NCBI GenBank assembly: GCA_038231135.1
Contig: JBBRLX010000020.1
Location: 1-64,000, forward strand
Direction: 5' to 3'
DNA: 64,000 nucleotides
From: Candidatus Eiseniibacteriota bacterium
GTDB lineage: Bacteria; Eisenbacteria; RBG-16-71-46
This document shows positions 1-9,122 of the stretch, piece after piece. The notes beneath the pieces are model-generated. The model was not told the DNA's origin. It searched no databases and saw only the letters and a list, made by a program, of their open reading frames with translations. Made by a program: the position numbers and the translations under genes. How positions within the stretch are numbered: position 1 is the stretch's first letter; each line of letters starts with the position of its first letter.

Positions 1-54
1 GCGGTAGCGGCTGTGTATCGTCCTGAGGTATTCACGTCGTCCCATGCTGGTCAT
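1..54 (-). CDS. N-terminal fragment of a probable IS transposase (integrase-core/ISNCY-like), runs off the left edge
   Basis: Minus-strand ATG at 54 with CAGGAG directly upstream. It translates MTSMGRREYLRTIHSRYR, which resembles the RREYLxxIxxRY start I recall from integrase-core IS transposases. Only 18 codons are visible. Confidence 0.45.
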   Translation of the reverse strand, partial: MTSMGRREYLRTIHSRYR

Positions 55-78
55 CTCCTGTGTCCCTCCCGTGCGGGA

Positions 79-138
79 GGGTTACCAGTCAAATGACTCG
101 ACGATCCATCCTCGGGTTACATTTTAGACGGCTTGATG
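79..138. mobile_element. Putative IS end: two imperfect 25-bp direct repeats
   Basis: GGGTTACCAGTCAAATGACTCGACG (79-103) and GGGTTACATTTTAGACGGCTTGATG (114-138) are 16/25 identical and lie upstream of the putative transposase start. Confidence 0.35.
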
Positions 139-244
139 CGTACGGTTGAACCGTTCCCTCGGCGGCTTTAAGCTTGCTTGACCTGTGTTGGGCACCGTGA
201 TCGCCTGCGGTGTCCCAGACCTCCGCCGACCCTTCGAGGATGCC

Positions 245-2872
245 ATGCGCCTTCCGATACGACCCTTGATCCTCCTGTCCGCGATCCTGACGATGCATCC
301 GATGACGACGGGTGCCGCGGAAGCGCCGCGCACACCGTCCGCGGACGCCGCCACCGGGGCCATCATGCTCAAGGACGTCCCGGCCGTGAAGCAGTTGCAG
401 CGCGACCTCGCGAGCGAGGGCGAGCGCCGTATCCGGGAGGCGCGCGAGCAGGCCCGGGTGTCGAAGGCGCGGAAACACGGCCGTCGCGGAGACCGCGTGC
501 GTCCGGTGCCTTCGCGTGAGGAGGGGCTCGTGAACGAGGCGCCGGTCCGCCGGCTGCCGCCCGAGCTACGGTCGTACGCTCCCGCCGGCACGAACGCCGT
601 GCCTTCGAACGTTCGTTTCAACGATCCCACGACCGACGGTTTGAACTCCGCGCAATCCGAAGTCAGCATCGCGATCGTGGGCTCGCTGGGGCTCGCCGCG
701 TGGAACGACGGCCAGGGCTTCATCACACCGCCCGGCGGCATGGCCGCGGGCTATACCACCAATGGCGGCGCCACGTGGCACGACGTCGGCCTGCCCCCGC
801 TCACCGGCACGATCACCGACTGGATCAGCGATCCCGTGGTGGCCGCGAACGAGAAGACCGGTGAATTCTGGTTCTGCGGCCTCACCCAGAACGGCGCGTC
901 GAACAACGGCGTGGCCGTGGTGCGCGCGACGTTCCCGGGAGGGGTATTCACCTGGGACACGCCGCACATCGTCCGGGATCTCCCGGCGACGACCGACTTC
1001 CTCGACAAGGAGTGGATGGTCGCCGATTCCACGACCGGCAACCTCTATCTGACCTACACGCATTTCGTGGTGAGCGGCGGCGACATCAGCTTCCAGCGGT
1101 CGCTCGACGGCGGCGCGAACTGGGATCCCGAGTTGCAGGTCAGCAACCACTCCGGATCCGTGCAGGGCTCGCGGCCGGTGGTGGCGGGCGACGGTTCGGT
1201 GTACGTGACCTGGAAGGAGTTCGGCCCGGTCGACGCCGACTTCGTCAACATCCGGCGCTCGACCGACCACGGCGTTTCGTTCGGTGTGCAGAACACCGCG
1301 GTATCGTTCTTCGACAACTTCGGCAGCGGCGCGCCCGGCTTCAACCGCAACCGCAACGTCGTCGAGCCGTGCGCCGCGGTGGACCGCAGCACCGGGCCGC
1401 ACCGCGGCCGCATCTATGCCGTGGCGCACGAATCGCTGAACTTCTACGACGACTTCATCGGCGGCGGCGGCAACAAGAACGAGGTCGAGAACAACAACTT
1501 CTTCGCTCGCGCGACGCCGTTCACGCCCGGACAGAAGCTGCGGGGCGGGCTCACCACCATCACCACCGATTTCGACTACTTCTCGTTCACCGCCACCGCG
1601 GGCACGTCGTACATCTTCTATTGCGATTCGATTCCGCGGCCGCTGTATACCATGCGGGTGTTCTGCGGTCTCGACACCACGACGCGGCTGTCGTTCAGCG
1701 GCGACGTCGATGCGCCGTCGGGCGGGCAGTCGCTGCTGGTGTGGACGGCCCCCAATTCGGGCACGTTCTACCTGCGGATGGCGTACGTGGCGGGCGGGAC
1801 CGGCGCCGGCAACTACCGCATCCAGACGGGCGTCGCCAACCACGGCGCCGAACCCGGACGCGATCAGCGCGACATCATCGTGCACTATTCGGACGACGGT
1901 GGGAGCACGTGGTCGGCGCCCGCGCGGGTGAACGACTCGGCCGCGCTCTACGACGAGTTCCTGCCCGAGGTCGGCGTGACCGCCGAGGGCTATCCCTACT
2001 GCGCGTGGTACGACTACCGGGATGCGGCGGGATCCTGCGCCGGCCGGTCCCACATCTATGCCAGCCGCTCGACCGACGGCGGCACGACGTGGGCGGCGAA
2101 CCAGCTCGTGACCACGGCGCAGACCGCGTGGACGACCGCCAACACCAACATCCAGCCCAACATGGGTGACTACGTCGGGCTCTACGCCGGCGGAACGCTG
2201 GCGCTGGGCTGGGGCGACGCGCGCGCCGGCGAGGCGGACGTGAACGTGTGGGGCACCAACGTCCCCGTCGACGCCGCCGTGGGTTGTCCCCGCGATACCT
2301 TTGCCGTCTCGAACTCGACGGTGGTGGTGAATCTGCCGGTCACGAACCACAACACGCTGTACCCGAACACCTACGACATCGCGGTGTCGATCAACCGGGC
2401 CTGGGGTGTCTCGAATTCGAGCTCGATCACGGTTGCCGAGAACAACGGCACGGGGAATGTTCCGGTGTCGATCACGGTGCCGGACACGGCGAACGGCCGC
2501 GCGCGGGTGTGCGTGACAGTATCGCAGGCGGGCGCCGGCGTGCATACCTGCTGCTTCACGATCCGCGCGTCGAGTCCGCTCGCCGTCCCGGGGCCCGGCG
2601 TCGCGAGCTTCGCGATCCAGGCCGTGTCGCCCAATCCCGCCACGCGCGCGCTGAGCGTGGAGTTCTCGCTGCCGGGCTGGTCACCGGGGCGGCTCGAGTT
2701 GATCGACGTCAACGGCCGCCGGGTGGCGGGCCGCGAGGTCGGCAGTCTCGGCGCCGGCCGTCATGTGGTGCGGTTCGACCACGAGCTGGCCGGCCTGCCG
2801 GCGGGCATGTATGAAGTGCGGCTGATCCAGGGCGCGCGCTCGTTGACCCGCAAGGTGTCGATCGTTCACTGA
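245..2872 (+). CDS. Secreted Asp-box (BNR, sialidase-like) beta-propeller protein with inserted PPC-like domain and T9SS-like C-terminal domain
   Basis: Signal peptide MRLPIRPLILLSAIL. Five Asp-boxes: YTTNGGATW, RSLDGGANW, RSTDHGVSF, YSDDGGSTW, RSTDGGTTW. C-terminal SPNP..FSLP..DVNGRRV..GMY..RKVSIVH. Confidence 0.8.
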   Translation: MRLPIRPLILLSAILTMHPMTTGAAEAPRTPSADAATGAIMLKDVPAVKQLQRDLASEGERRIREAREQARVSKARKHGRRGDRVRPVPSREEGLVNEAPVRRLPPELRSYAPAGTNAVPSNVRFNDPTTDGLNSAQSEVSIAIVGSLGLAAWNDGQGFITPPGGMAAGYTTNGGATWHDVGLPPLTGTITDWISDPVVAANEKTGEFWFCGLTQNGASNNGVAVVRATFPGGVFTWDTPHIVRDLPATTDFLDKEWMVADSTTGNLYLTYTHFVVSGGDISFQRSLDGGANWDPELQVSNHSGSVQGSRPVVAGDGSVYVTWKEFGPVDADFVNIRRSTDHGVSFGVQNTAVSFFDNFGSGAPGFNRNRNVVEPCAAVDRSTGPHRGRIYAVAHESLNFYDDFIGGGGNKNEVENNNFFARATPFTPGQKLRGGLTTITTDFDYFSFTATAGTSYIFYCDSIPRPLYTMRVFCGLDTTTRLSFSGDVDAPSGGQSLLVWTAPNSGTFYLRMAYVAGGTGAGNYRIQTGVANHGAEPGRDQRDIIVHYSDDGGSTWSAPARVNDSAALYDEFLPEVGVTAEGYPYCAWYDYRDAAGSCAGRSHIYASRSTDGGTTWAANQLVTTAQTAWTTANTNIQPNMGDYVGLYAGGTLALGWGDARAGEADVNVWGTNVPVDAAVGCPRDTFAVSNSTVVVNLPVTNHNTLYPNTYDIAVSINRAWGVSNSSSITVAENNGTGNVPVSITVPDTANGRARVCVTVSQAGAGVHTCCFTIRASSPLAVPGPGVASFAIQAVSPNPATRALSVEFSLPGWSPGRLELIDVNGRRVAGREVGSLGAGRHVVRFDHELAGLPAGMYEVRLIQGARSLTRKVSIVH

Positions 2873-3056
2873 GCGGCCGTGCGAACCGCACGGCGAGCGT
2901 TGCATCCCGCATGGACTCGAGGTCGCGCGGGCAGGGCGGGGCAAGCGTTTCTGGCTGGCCCCGCTCTTGCCATATCGGGCGGAACCCTGGTGGAGCGCGC
3001 GACCGCGTCGGCTCCCCGTCGTCCGTTTCGTCGCGAATCATCGAGGAGGATGTCCG

Positions 3057-3629
3057 ATGCGCGTTTCACGTGTCGCCACGTTCATGGCGCTGTCCGTAAC
3101 GCTGACCGTCGCCGCGGTCGCCGCCGCCCAGGCAAGTCCGATCGCCGCCGGAACGTTCGAGTTCTCGCCGTCCCTGGCGTTCAATCGCTCGAGCTTCACG
3201 CCGGCCGGTGGGGGTGACGCGGGCACGATCACCCAGCTCAACCTGAATGCCGGCGTCTCGCGCGCCATGAGCGAGCAGTTTCAGCTCACGGCGGGAGCGC
3301 TGCTGCAGCACAAGGACATCGCGGGCAATGGCCGCACGTCCGCCGGGCTGTCCGCCGGCGGCCAGTTCAACTTCAAGTCCCAGCAGAACGTGATCCCGTT
3401 CATGAGCGCGAGCCTCGGCGTCGTGCAGTACCAGGACCAGGGATCCGCGGACCGCGCCCTGCTGGCGCCGATGATCCGCGTCGGGTTCCGGTCGATGGTG
3501 GCGGACGCGCGGTCGCTGAACGTGTCGCTCGGCTACCAGCACGAGACGAATTCGAAGAGCGCGTTCGAGTCGACCGCCAACCTGTTCGACGTGGGCGTCG
3601 GCATGTCGCTGTTCCGCGCCCCGCGCTAG
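3057..3629 (+). CDS. Small outer-membrane beta-barrel protein
   Basis: GAGGAGG RBS, signal peptide ending AAAQA, alternating amphipathic strands, C-terminal VGVGMSLF. Confidence 0.7.
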   Translation: MRVSRVATFMALSVTLTVAAVAAAQASPIAAGTFEFSPSLAFNRSSFTPAGGGDAGTITQLNLNAGVSRAMSEQFQLTAGALLQHKDIAGNGRTSAGLSAGGQFNFKSQQNVIPFMSASLGVVQYQDQGSADRALLAPMIRVGFRSMVADARSLNVSLGYQHETNSKSAFESTANLFDVGVGMSLFRAPR

Positions 3630-3882
3630 GCGGTGGCCGGCGCTGGCGCTCCGGATGCGGGAAGCGGTTTTCGGCAAGGGACGGGCGACGGGATTCTCCG
3701 CCGCCCGTCTGTCGTTGCGGCGGGGGAGTCCCGCGCACGCCGGGCCATGCCTGCGCCCGCAGGATGTTTCCGGTCGATTTCCGGCTGACGGTTCTTGACA
3801 GTGCCACCGTTCTGAGGGGAGGATGCGCCATGGTTCGGTGCAGGCGACCCATGGCCTTGGCTTTGCCTTTACGAGGGTATCG

Positions 3883-4413
3883 ATGACGATCGAGGGCAAC
3901 CCGGACGCACCTCGGCGTGCAGCCGCCGGCAGACGGCGATTGCTGATCGTGGACGACGATCCGGACGTACGTCAGACGCTGTCGCTGTTGTTCGAGTCCC
4001 GCTACGAGGTATTCGTGGCCGGCGACGGGTCGGAGGCCCTGCAGTTGCTGGGCGACGGGTTTGCCGCCGATGCGATCGTGCTCGACCTCATGATGCCGGG
4101 CGTCGATGGCGCGGCGGTGGTCCAGGAGCTGCAGCGTCGCAATGTCCGGACCCCGGTGATCCTCGCGTCGGCGCACGTGGACGTGCAGGGCCGGGCTCGC
4201 GAGCTCGGCGTCGCCGATTTCGTCGTCAAGCCATTCCGCTTCGACGTGCTGCAGACGAAGCTGGCCCGCCTGATGGACGGCGAACCCAGGCCCGGCGGCG
4301 GTCCCGGCCGCGGAGGCTCCAACATCATCCAGCGGAACCTGCTGCCCGCATGGTTCTGGTCCCTGCTGACGGACACGTGGCTGCTGCCGCTGCCGGGCCC
4401 CGCGGGCCGCTGA
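3883..4413 (+). CDS. Single-domain response regulator (receiver)
   Basis: LLIVDDD, LDLMMPGVDG, ILASA, VKPF motifs. Confidence 0.85.
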   Translation: MTIEGNPDAPRRAAAGRRRLLIVDDDPDVRQTLSLLFESRYEVFVAGDGSEALQLLGDGFAADAIVLDLMMPGVDGAAVVQELQRRNVRTPVILASAHVDVQGRARELGVADFVVKPFRFDVLQTKLARLMDGEPRPGGGPGRGGSNIIQRNLLPAWFWSLLTDTWLLPLPGPAGR

Positions 4414-4509
4414 CCGGCACGCTGTCGCTGGACGCGCGAAACGCCGGGCCTGGACTTCGACTGGCGCTCGACGGCGCGGCTCGATCCGGCGGGCGAACCC
4501 GTCCCCGCA

Positions 4510-5112
4510 TCAACCGGGACCCGAGGTCCCGAGTCGAACCGGAACGCGCAGGGTGCGCGCATGGCTCGCGAGTCCCGAGGGATTCGCGGCATCGAACACC
4601 AGCGTCGCGGCGCCCGCGGCCCCGGCGGGAAACCCCAGTTCCGCCCGGAACGGCACCCAGTGGTTCGTCTGCCAAACGCCGTCGGCATGGGCGATCGCGC
4701 GCGTCAGCAGGCGGCCGCGGGCGTCCACCAGCGTCACGCTGAACGCCGCCTCGAAGTAGAACGCGCCGCGCGCGTCGCCCTCGACGGTGAACGGGCTCGT
4801 GACCACGGCGCCGGGCGCGGGGGTGCGCACCCGGACGAGGTCGGTGACGACGGGGCTCGGCGACGGCCAGTTCGTGTCGGCGATCGCCGCCGGTTCGGGC
4901 GGCGGCGGTCCGGCCAGCGCGGGCCGTGCCGGCGGCCCGGCGGGTGTTGCGACGGCGGCCGACGAATGCGAGGATGGGCGTGAGCAGCCACACGCGGCCA
5001 CCCACGACGCGAGCGCGATGCATGCGAGCGACCGTACCCGCGGGGCGCGGCGGACGCATCTGGCGTTCCGGAATCCTGGGTTCGTCGGGGTGCCACCGGC
5101 ATCGCGTCGCAT
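4510..5112 (-). CDS. Gmad2 immunoglobulin-like domain (lipo)protein; start uncertain
   Basis: VRVRTPAPGAVVTSPFTVEGDARGAFYFEAAFSVTLVD...WVPFRAEL...NPSG is typical of Gmad2. Possible lipobox near VAACGC and a Pro-rich linker. Confidence 0.7.
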   Translation of the reverse strand: MRRDAGGTPTNPGFRNARCVRRAPRVRSLACIALASWVAACGCSRPSSHSSAAVATPAGPPARPALAGPPPPEPAAIADTNWPSPSPVVTDLVRVRTPAPGAVVTSPFTVEGDARGAFYFEAAFSVTLVDARGRLLTRAIAHADGVWQTNHWVPFRAELGFPAGAAGAATLVFDAANPSGLASHARTLRVPVRLGTSGPG

Positions 5113-5191
5113 GCGTCGATGGAACCACGAACCGGTCTGGTATTCCAGCCGGTCCCACCCGATTTCGACCTTCGATCCCCGACAGGCAGGC

Positions 5192-5917
5192 ATGGCCTCC
5201 CGACCTCCCGAGACCTCCGCAACGACCGATCCCACGCCGCACGCGGTGGTGTTCCTCGTCGACGTCGACAACACGCTGCTCGACAACGACCGGGTGTCGC
5301 GCGACCTGCAGCGGTTCCTCGAACGCGAAGTCGGCGTGGAACGGGAGCGGCGCTACTGGGCGATCTTCGAGACCTTGCGGCACGAGCTGGGCTACGCCGA
5401 CTACCTCGGAGCCCTGCAGCGCTACCGGCTCGAGCATCCGCGCGACCCGCATCTGCTCGCGATGTCGTCCTACCTCGTCAACTATCCGTTCGCGAACCGC
5501 CTGTATCCGGGCTCGCTCGATGCGCTGGAACACCTGGCGGAGTTCGGCCCGGTCGTGATCTTCAGCGACGGCGACGTGGTGTTTCAGCCGCGCAAGATCG
5601 AGCGCTCGGGGCTGTTCGACACGGTCGATGGCCACGTGCTGATCTACGTCCACAAGGAGCGCGAGCTCGAGGACGTGGAACGGCGGTTCCCCGCGCGCCA
5701 CTACGTGACCGTCGACGACAAGCTGCGGTTGCTGACCGCGTTCAAGCGCGGGTGGGGTGACCGCGTCACCACTGTGTTCGTGCGGCAGGGCCACTACGCG
5801 ACGGCTCCCGAAGTGCGCGAACTGCCGCCGGCCGACTATTCCGTGGATCGCATCGGCGACCTGGTCGCGCTCGATCTCGACACGCTGTTCGCGGCGGCGC
5901 GGCGGGGTATGGCGTGA
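5192..5917 (+). CDS. HAD-superfamily hydrolase
   Basis: Motif I VDVDNTL, FSDG, K and VDDK motifs. Confidence 0.85.
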   Translation: MASRPPETSATTDPTPHAVVFLVDVDNTLLDNDRVSRDLQRFLEREVGVERERRYWAIFETLRHELGYADYLGALQRYRLEHPRDPHLLAMSSYLVNYPFANRLYPGSLDALEHLAEFGPVVIFSDGDVVFQPRKIERSGLFDTVDGHVLIYVHKERELEDVERRFPARHYVTVDDKLRLLTAFKRGWGDRVTTVFVRQGHYATAPEVRELPPADYSVDRIGDLVALDLDTLFAAARRGMA

Positions 5918-7077
5918 AGTGCCGCCGGTGGTTTCGCGCCGTCCAGGCGGTGCTCGCGGGGGCGGGGTTCGCGGGGTTCGTGGGGTTTGCCGCGGCGCCG
6001 CGGTCGGTGTTCGCGCTCCCGCGATTCGTGACGGCAGGGACGTCGTGCGGCGACTGCCACGCGCCCGTGCCGCGCCTCAACGCCGCGGGCGACCGGTTCC
6101 AGCGCCGCGGCTTCCATGCGCCGGGCGAGCCCGCGGACGCCCGGCGCGCGTTCCCGCTGTCGATGCACGTGTCCGCGGGCTACGCGTTCACGAGCGGAGA
6201 CAGCGCGCGCGACGCGGGGGCGAACCAGGACAGCCGGTTCGAAGCCGGCGACCTGGAGCTCGCGAGCGCGGGCACGCTGGGGGAGCGCACGTCGATCGAC
6301 CTGGCGGGCGTGTTCGCGCCCGACACCGGCACGTTCCGCCTGCGCCGCGCCAGTGTGCGCTTCGACGGCGGATCCGGTCCCCGGGCGTTCCACGTGCGCG
6401 TGGGCCGGTTTCCGACCGAGTTCCCGTTCCTGGCCGCGGACCGCCGCACCACGCTGCGCCGCTACCTCACGCCCGTCACGATCGATGGCGATGGCGTGGA
6501 ACTCGGCGGCGAACAGGGCGCGTGGTCGGGCGCCGCCGCGCTGCTCGACAGCCAGCGCAACGCGGGACTCGACAAACCGGGCACCCGGACGTTCAACCGT
6601 TTCGAGGACACCTGCTGGAGCCTGATGCATGGCGACGCGGAGCGGGGGATGGGCATCCGGGTGTGGTTCGATCGCCAGGATTCGAACCTGCCCGTCCACA
6701 CCTGGCTGCAGCACGTGCAGGCCGCGGTGAGCGCCGCGCTGACCGCGGGCCGCGTCACGATCGTGCCGGCCTACGTCCAGGATCGCTTCGACGACCGCCC
6801 GGCCGTCAAGATCCACGACAAGTTCCACAGCGGGCTGGTGGAAGCGATCGGCCGCTTCGGCGCCGATGACCGCTGGACGCTGACCGCGCGCCTCGAGCAC
6901 GTGTATCACACCCGCACCCCGCTGACGCCGCGGGAGGACACGCGCGACCAGGTGGTGGACCTCACACGCCGCCTGAATCCCAATACGCAGGTCGCCGTGG
7001 AATGGTTCCATGGCCCGCAGCGGCTCGGGGACCCACGGGACACCGGCATCGCGGCCCGCGTGGTCGTGGACTACTGA
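5914..7077 (+). CDS. Cyc2-like fused monoheme cytochrome c / outer-membrane porin
   Basis: Signal peptide, then LPRFVTAGTSCGDCHAPVPRLNAAGDRFQRRGF, then a beta-strand-rich region ending in Tyr. GTGA overlap with the HAD gene. Confidence 0.7.
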   Translation: MKCRRWFRAVQAVLAGAGFAGFVGFAAAPRSVFALPRFVTAGTSCGDCHAPVPRLNAAGDRFQRRGFHAPGEPADARRAFPLSMHVSAGYAFTSGDSARDAGANQDSRFEAGDLELASAGTLGERTSIDLAGVFAPDTGTFRLRRASVRFDGGSGPRAFHVRVGRFPTEFPFLAADRRTTLRRYLTPVTIDGDGVELGGEQGAWSGAAALLDSQRNAGLDKPGTRTFNRFEDTCWSLMHGDAERGMGIRVWFDRQDSNLPVHTWLQHVQAAVSAALTAGRVTIVPAYVQDRFDDRPAVKIHDKFHSGLVEAIGRFGADDRWTLTARLEHVYHTRTPLTPREDTRDQVVDLTRRLNPNTQVAVEWFHGPQRLGDPRDTGIAARVVVDY

Positions 7078-9089
7078 GCGGCGCTCGACGGAGCGAGCAG
7101 GCCCGCGGACACCGGATCCGCCGCGGGCTGCCAGCGTCCCCGTGATTCCGCGCGCGGCACGGCTGCCGGCGGCGCGGCCGCGAGCCAGCGCTCGGCCCAC
7201 AGCTGCAGGCTCAGCAGCGTCCAGACCGCGCGCCCGCTCTCGGCGGCTCCCGTGATGTGACGCTCGACCACGGTCGCGACGCGCTCCGGGTCGAGCACGC
7301 CGGCGCGGCGCACGCGCTCGCGGGACAGCGTGTCGCGGACCTGGTCCCGCAACGGTCCGCGCGCCCACGCGGAGAACGGTGGCGAGAAGCCCTGCTTGCG
7401 CCGTGTCATGATGCGGGGCGGCAGCAGGTCGTGCGCCACCTGCTTCAGGATCCACTTGCCGGTGGCGCCGCGCAGCTTGGTGGAGTCCGGCAGCGCGAAG
7501 GCGAACTCCATGAACTCCCGATTCAGGAATGGGGCGCGGGACTCGATGCCGTTCGCCATCGTGCAGCGGTCGATCTTGGTGAGCAGCCCGCCGCCGAGCG
7601 TGAGCACGAAGTCGAGCAGCTGATAACTCACGAGCGTCGGCCGCGACGCGATGTGCCCGAGACCCATCTGGTCGAGCTCGCGGGTGAGCCCCGCGATGTG
7701 CGCGTTGCCGTCCCGGTCGTCGATGCCGGCCGCCAGCTCCGGCGCGAGCAGCGCACGCGCCTCGGCCGGCGCGAAGTTGCCGAACCACGACTGATGCCGT
7801 TCGAACGGCGTGAGCCCCCGGGTGCCGAGGAACCGTTCGACGAGATGCGGCACGCTCAGGTGCCGGTCCGCCGGACGCATGCGGCGGGCGGCGGCGAGCA
7901 GCCCCGCCGCGACGAACCCGGGCAGCCGCTCCGCGAGTGCCGCGTGGCGATGGCCGAGATACGTGGGATAGCCTGCGAACAGTTCGTCGCCGCCCTCGCC
8001 CGTGAGCACGACCGGCACGTGTGCCGCGGCGAACCGCGACAGCAGCCAGGTGGGGAGCAGGCTCGGATCGCCGAGCGGCTGGTCCATGCCCGCGGCGAAC
8101 GTGTCCAGCGCCTCCTTGCCCTCCCGGGCGTCCATCGTGATCTCGTGATGGCGGGTGCCGAGGTGGTCCGCCACCAGTCGCGCGTAGGCGGATTCGTCGT
8201 AACCGTCGCCCGCCAGCTTCATGCTGAACGTCGGGAAGCCAGGCGCGAAGTGCGCCGCCGCGGCGGCGATCAGGCTCGAGTCGAGCCCGCCCGACAGGAA
8301 CACCCCGAACGGCATCTCCTCCGGCACGCGCGACGCGACCGCGTGCTCCAGGTGACCGCGCGCGACCCGGACCCGCCCCGCATCGTCGGTGTGCTCGGGC
8401 GGCAGGCCGAGCACGTCCCACGGGCGCCAGTAGCGCCGCGAGCGTTCGCCGCGGGCGTCGATCTCCATCAGGCAGCCGGGCGGGAGCTGGCGGATCGACG
8501 CGAACGCCGAGTCGTGGCCGGCGAAGAATCCGTGCACCAGGTAGCGCGCGAGCGCGCCCGGGTCGGGCGCCCGCGACACCCATGGCAGTTGCAGCAGCGC
8601 GGCCGGCTCGGACGCGAACGCCCAGCGGCCCGCGGCGCCGGTGACGAACAGCGGCTTCTCACCGGCCCGGTCGCGGGCCAGCACCAGCCGCCGGCGAGGC
8701 GCGTCCCACACGCCGATCGCGAACATGCCGTCCAGGTCGAGCGGGAACTCGGTCCCGTGCTCCTCGTAGAGATGGACGATCACGCCGGTGTCGGGACCGG
8801 CCGGGAGGTGATGGCCGAGCGTGCCGAGCCGGCGGGCGAGCGCGCGATGGTTGTAGATCTCGCCGTTCACCACCGCATGCAGCGTTCCCGACTCGTTCGC
8901 GAACACGTGCGCCGGCGCGTCGGGGGCCACGATCGCGAGGCGGGACAGCCCGAGCGCCACGGCATCGTCGCTCCACACCGCGACGCCGTCGGGCCCGCGA
9001 TGTCCGAGGCATGCGACCATGCGGCCGACCAGCTCACGCCGCCGTTCCGGCCCGAGGTCCGGCGCCCACAATCCCGCGATCCCGCACAT
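7071..9089 (-). CDS. asnB: Asparagine synthase (glutamine-hydrolysing) family amidotransferase
   Basis: MCGIAG N-terminal Cys, HRGPD, NGEIYN, ARDRAGEKPL, LSGGLDSS, GEGGDELFAGY, RAPFL, RRKQGF. Confidence 0.92.
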   Translation of the reverse strand: MCGIAGLWAPDLGPERRRELVGRMVACLGHRGPDGVAVWSDDAVALGLSRLAIVAPDAPAHVFANESGTLHAVVNGEIYNHRALARRLGTLGHHLPAGPDTGVIVHLYEEHGTEFPLDLDGMFAIGVWDAPRRRLVLARDRAGEKPLFVTGAAGRWAFASEPAALLQLPWVSRAPDPGALARYLVHGFFAGHDSAFASIRQLPPGCLMEIDARGERSRRYWRPWDVLGLPPEHTDDAGRVRVARGHLEHAVASRVPEEMPFGVFLSGGLDSSLIAAAAAHFAPGFPTFSMKLAGDGYDESAYARLVADHLGTRHHEITMDAREGKEALDTFAAGMDQPLGDPSLLPTWLLSRFAAAHVPVVLTGEGGDELFAGYPTYLGHRHAALAERLPGFVAAGLLAAARRMRPADRHLSVPHLVERFLGTRGLTPFERHQSWFGNFAPAEARALLAPELAAGIDDRDGNAHIAGLTRELDQMGLGHIASRPTLVSYQLLDFVLTLGGGLLTKIDRCTMANGIESRAPFLNREFMEFAFALPDSTKLRGATGKWILKQVAHDLLPPRIMTRRKQGFSPPFSAWARGPLRDQVRDTLSRERVRRAGVLDPERVATVVERHITGAAESGRAVWTLLSLQLWAERWLAAAPPAAVPRAESRGRWQPAADPVSAGLLAPSSAAQ

Positions 9090-9122
9090 TCGCTGTCGAT
9101 CCCCTCTAAGTGGTGCCGGAAT

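Noticed and set aside
3630..3880. Structured intergenic region as an ncRNA
   Set aside because: Hairpins are present but match no RNA family I recognise.
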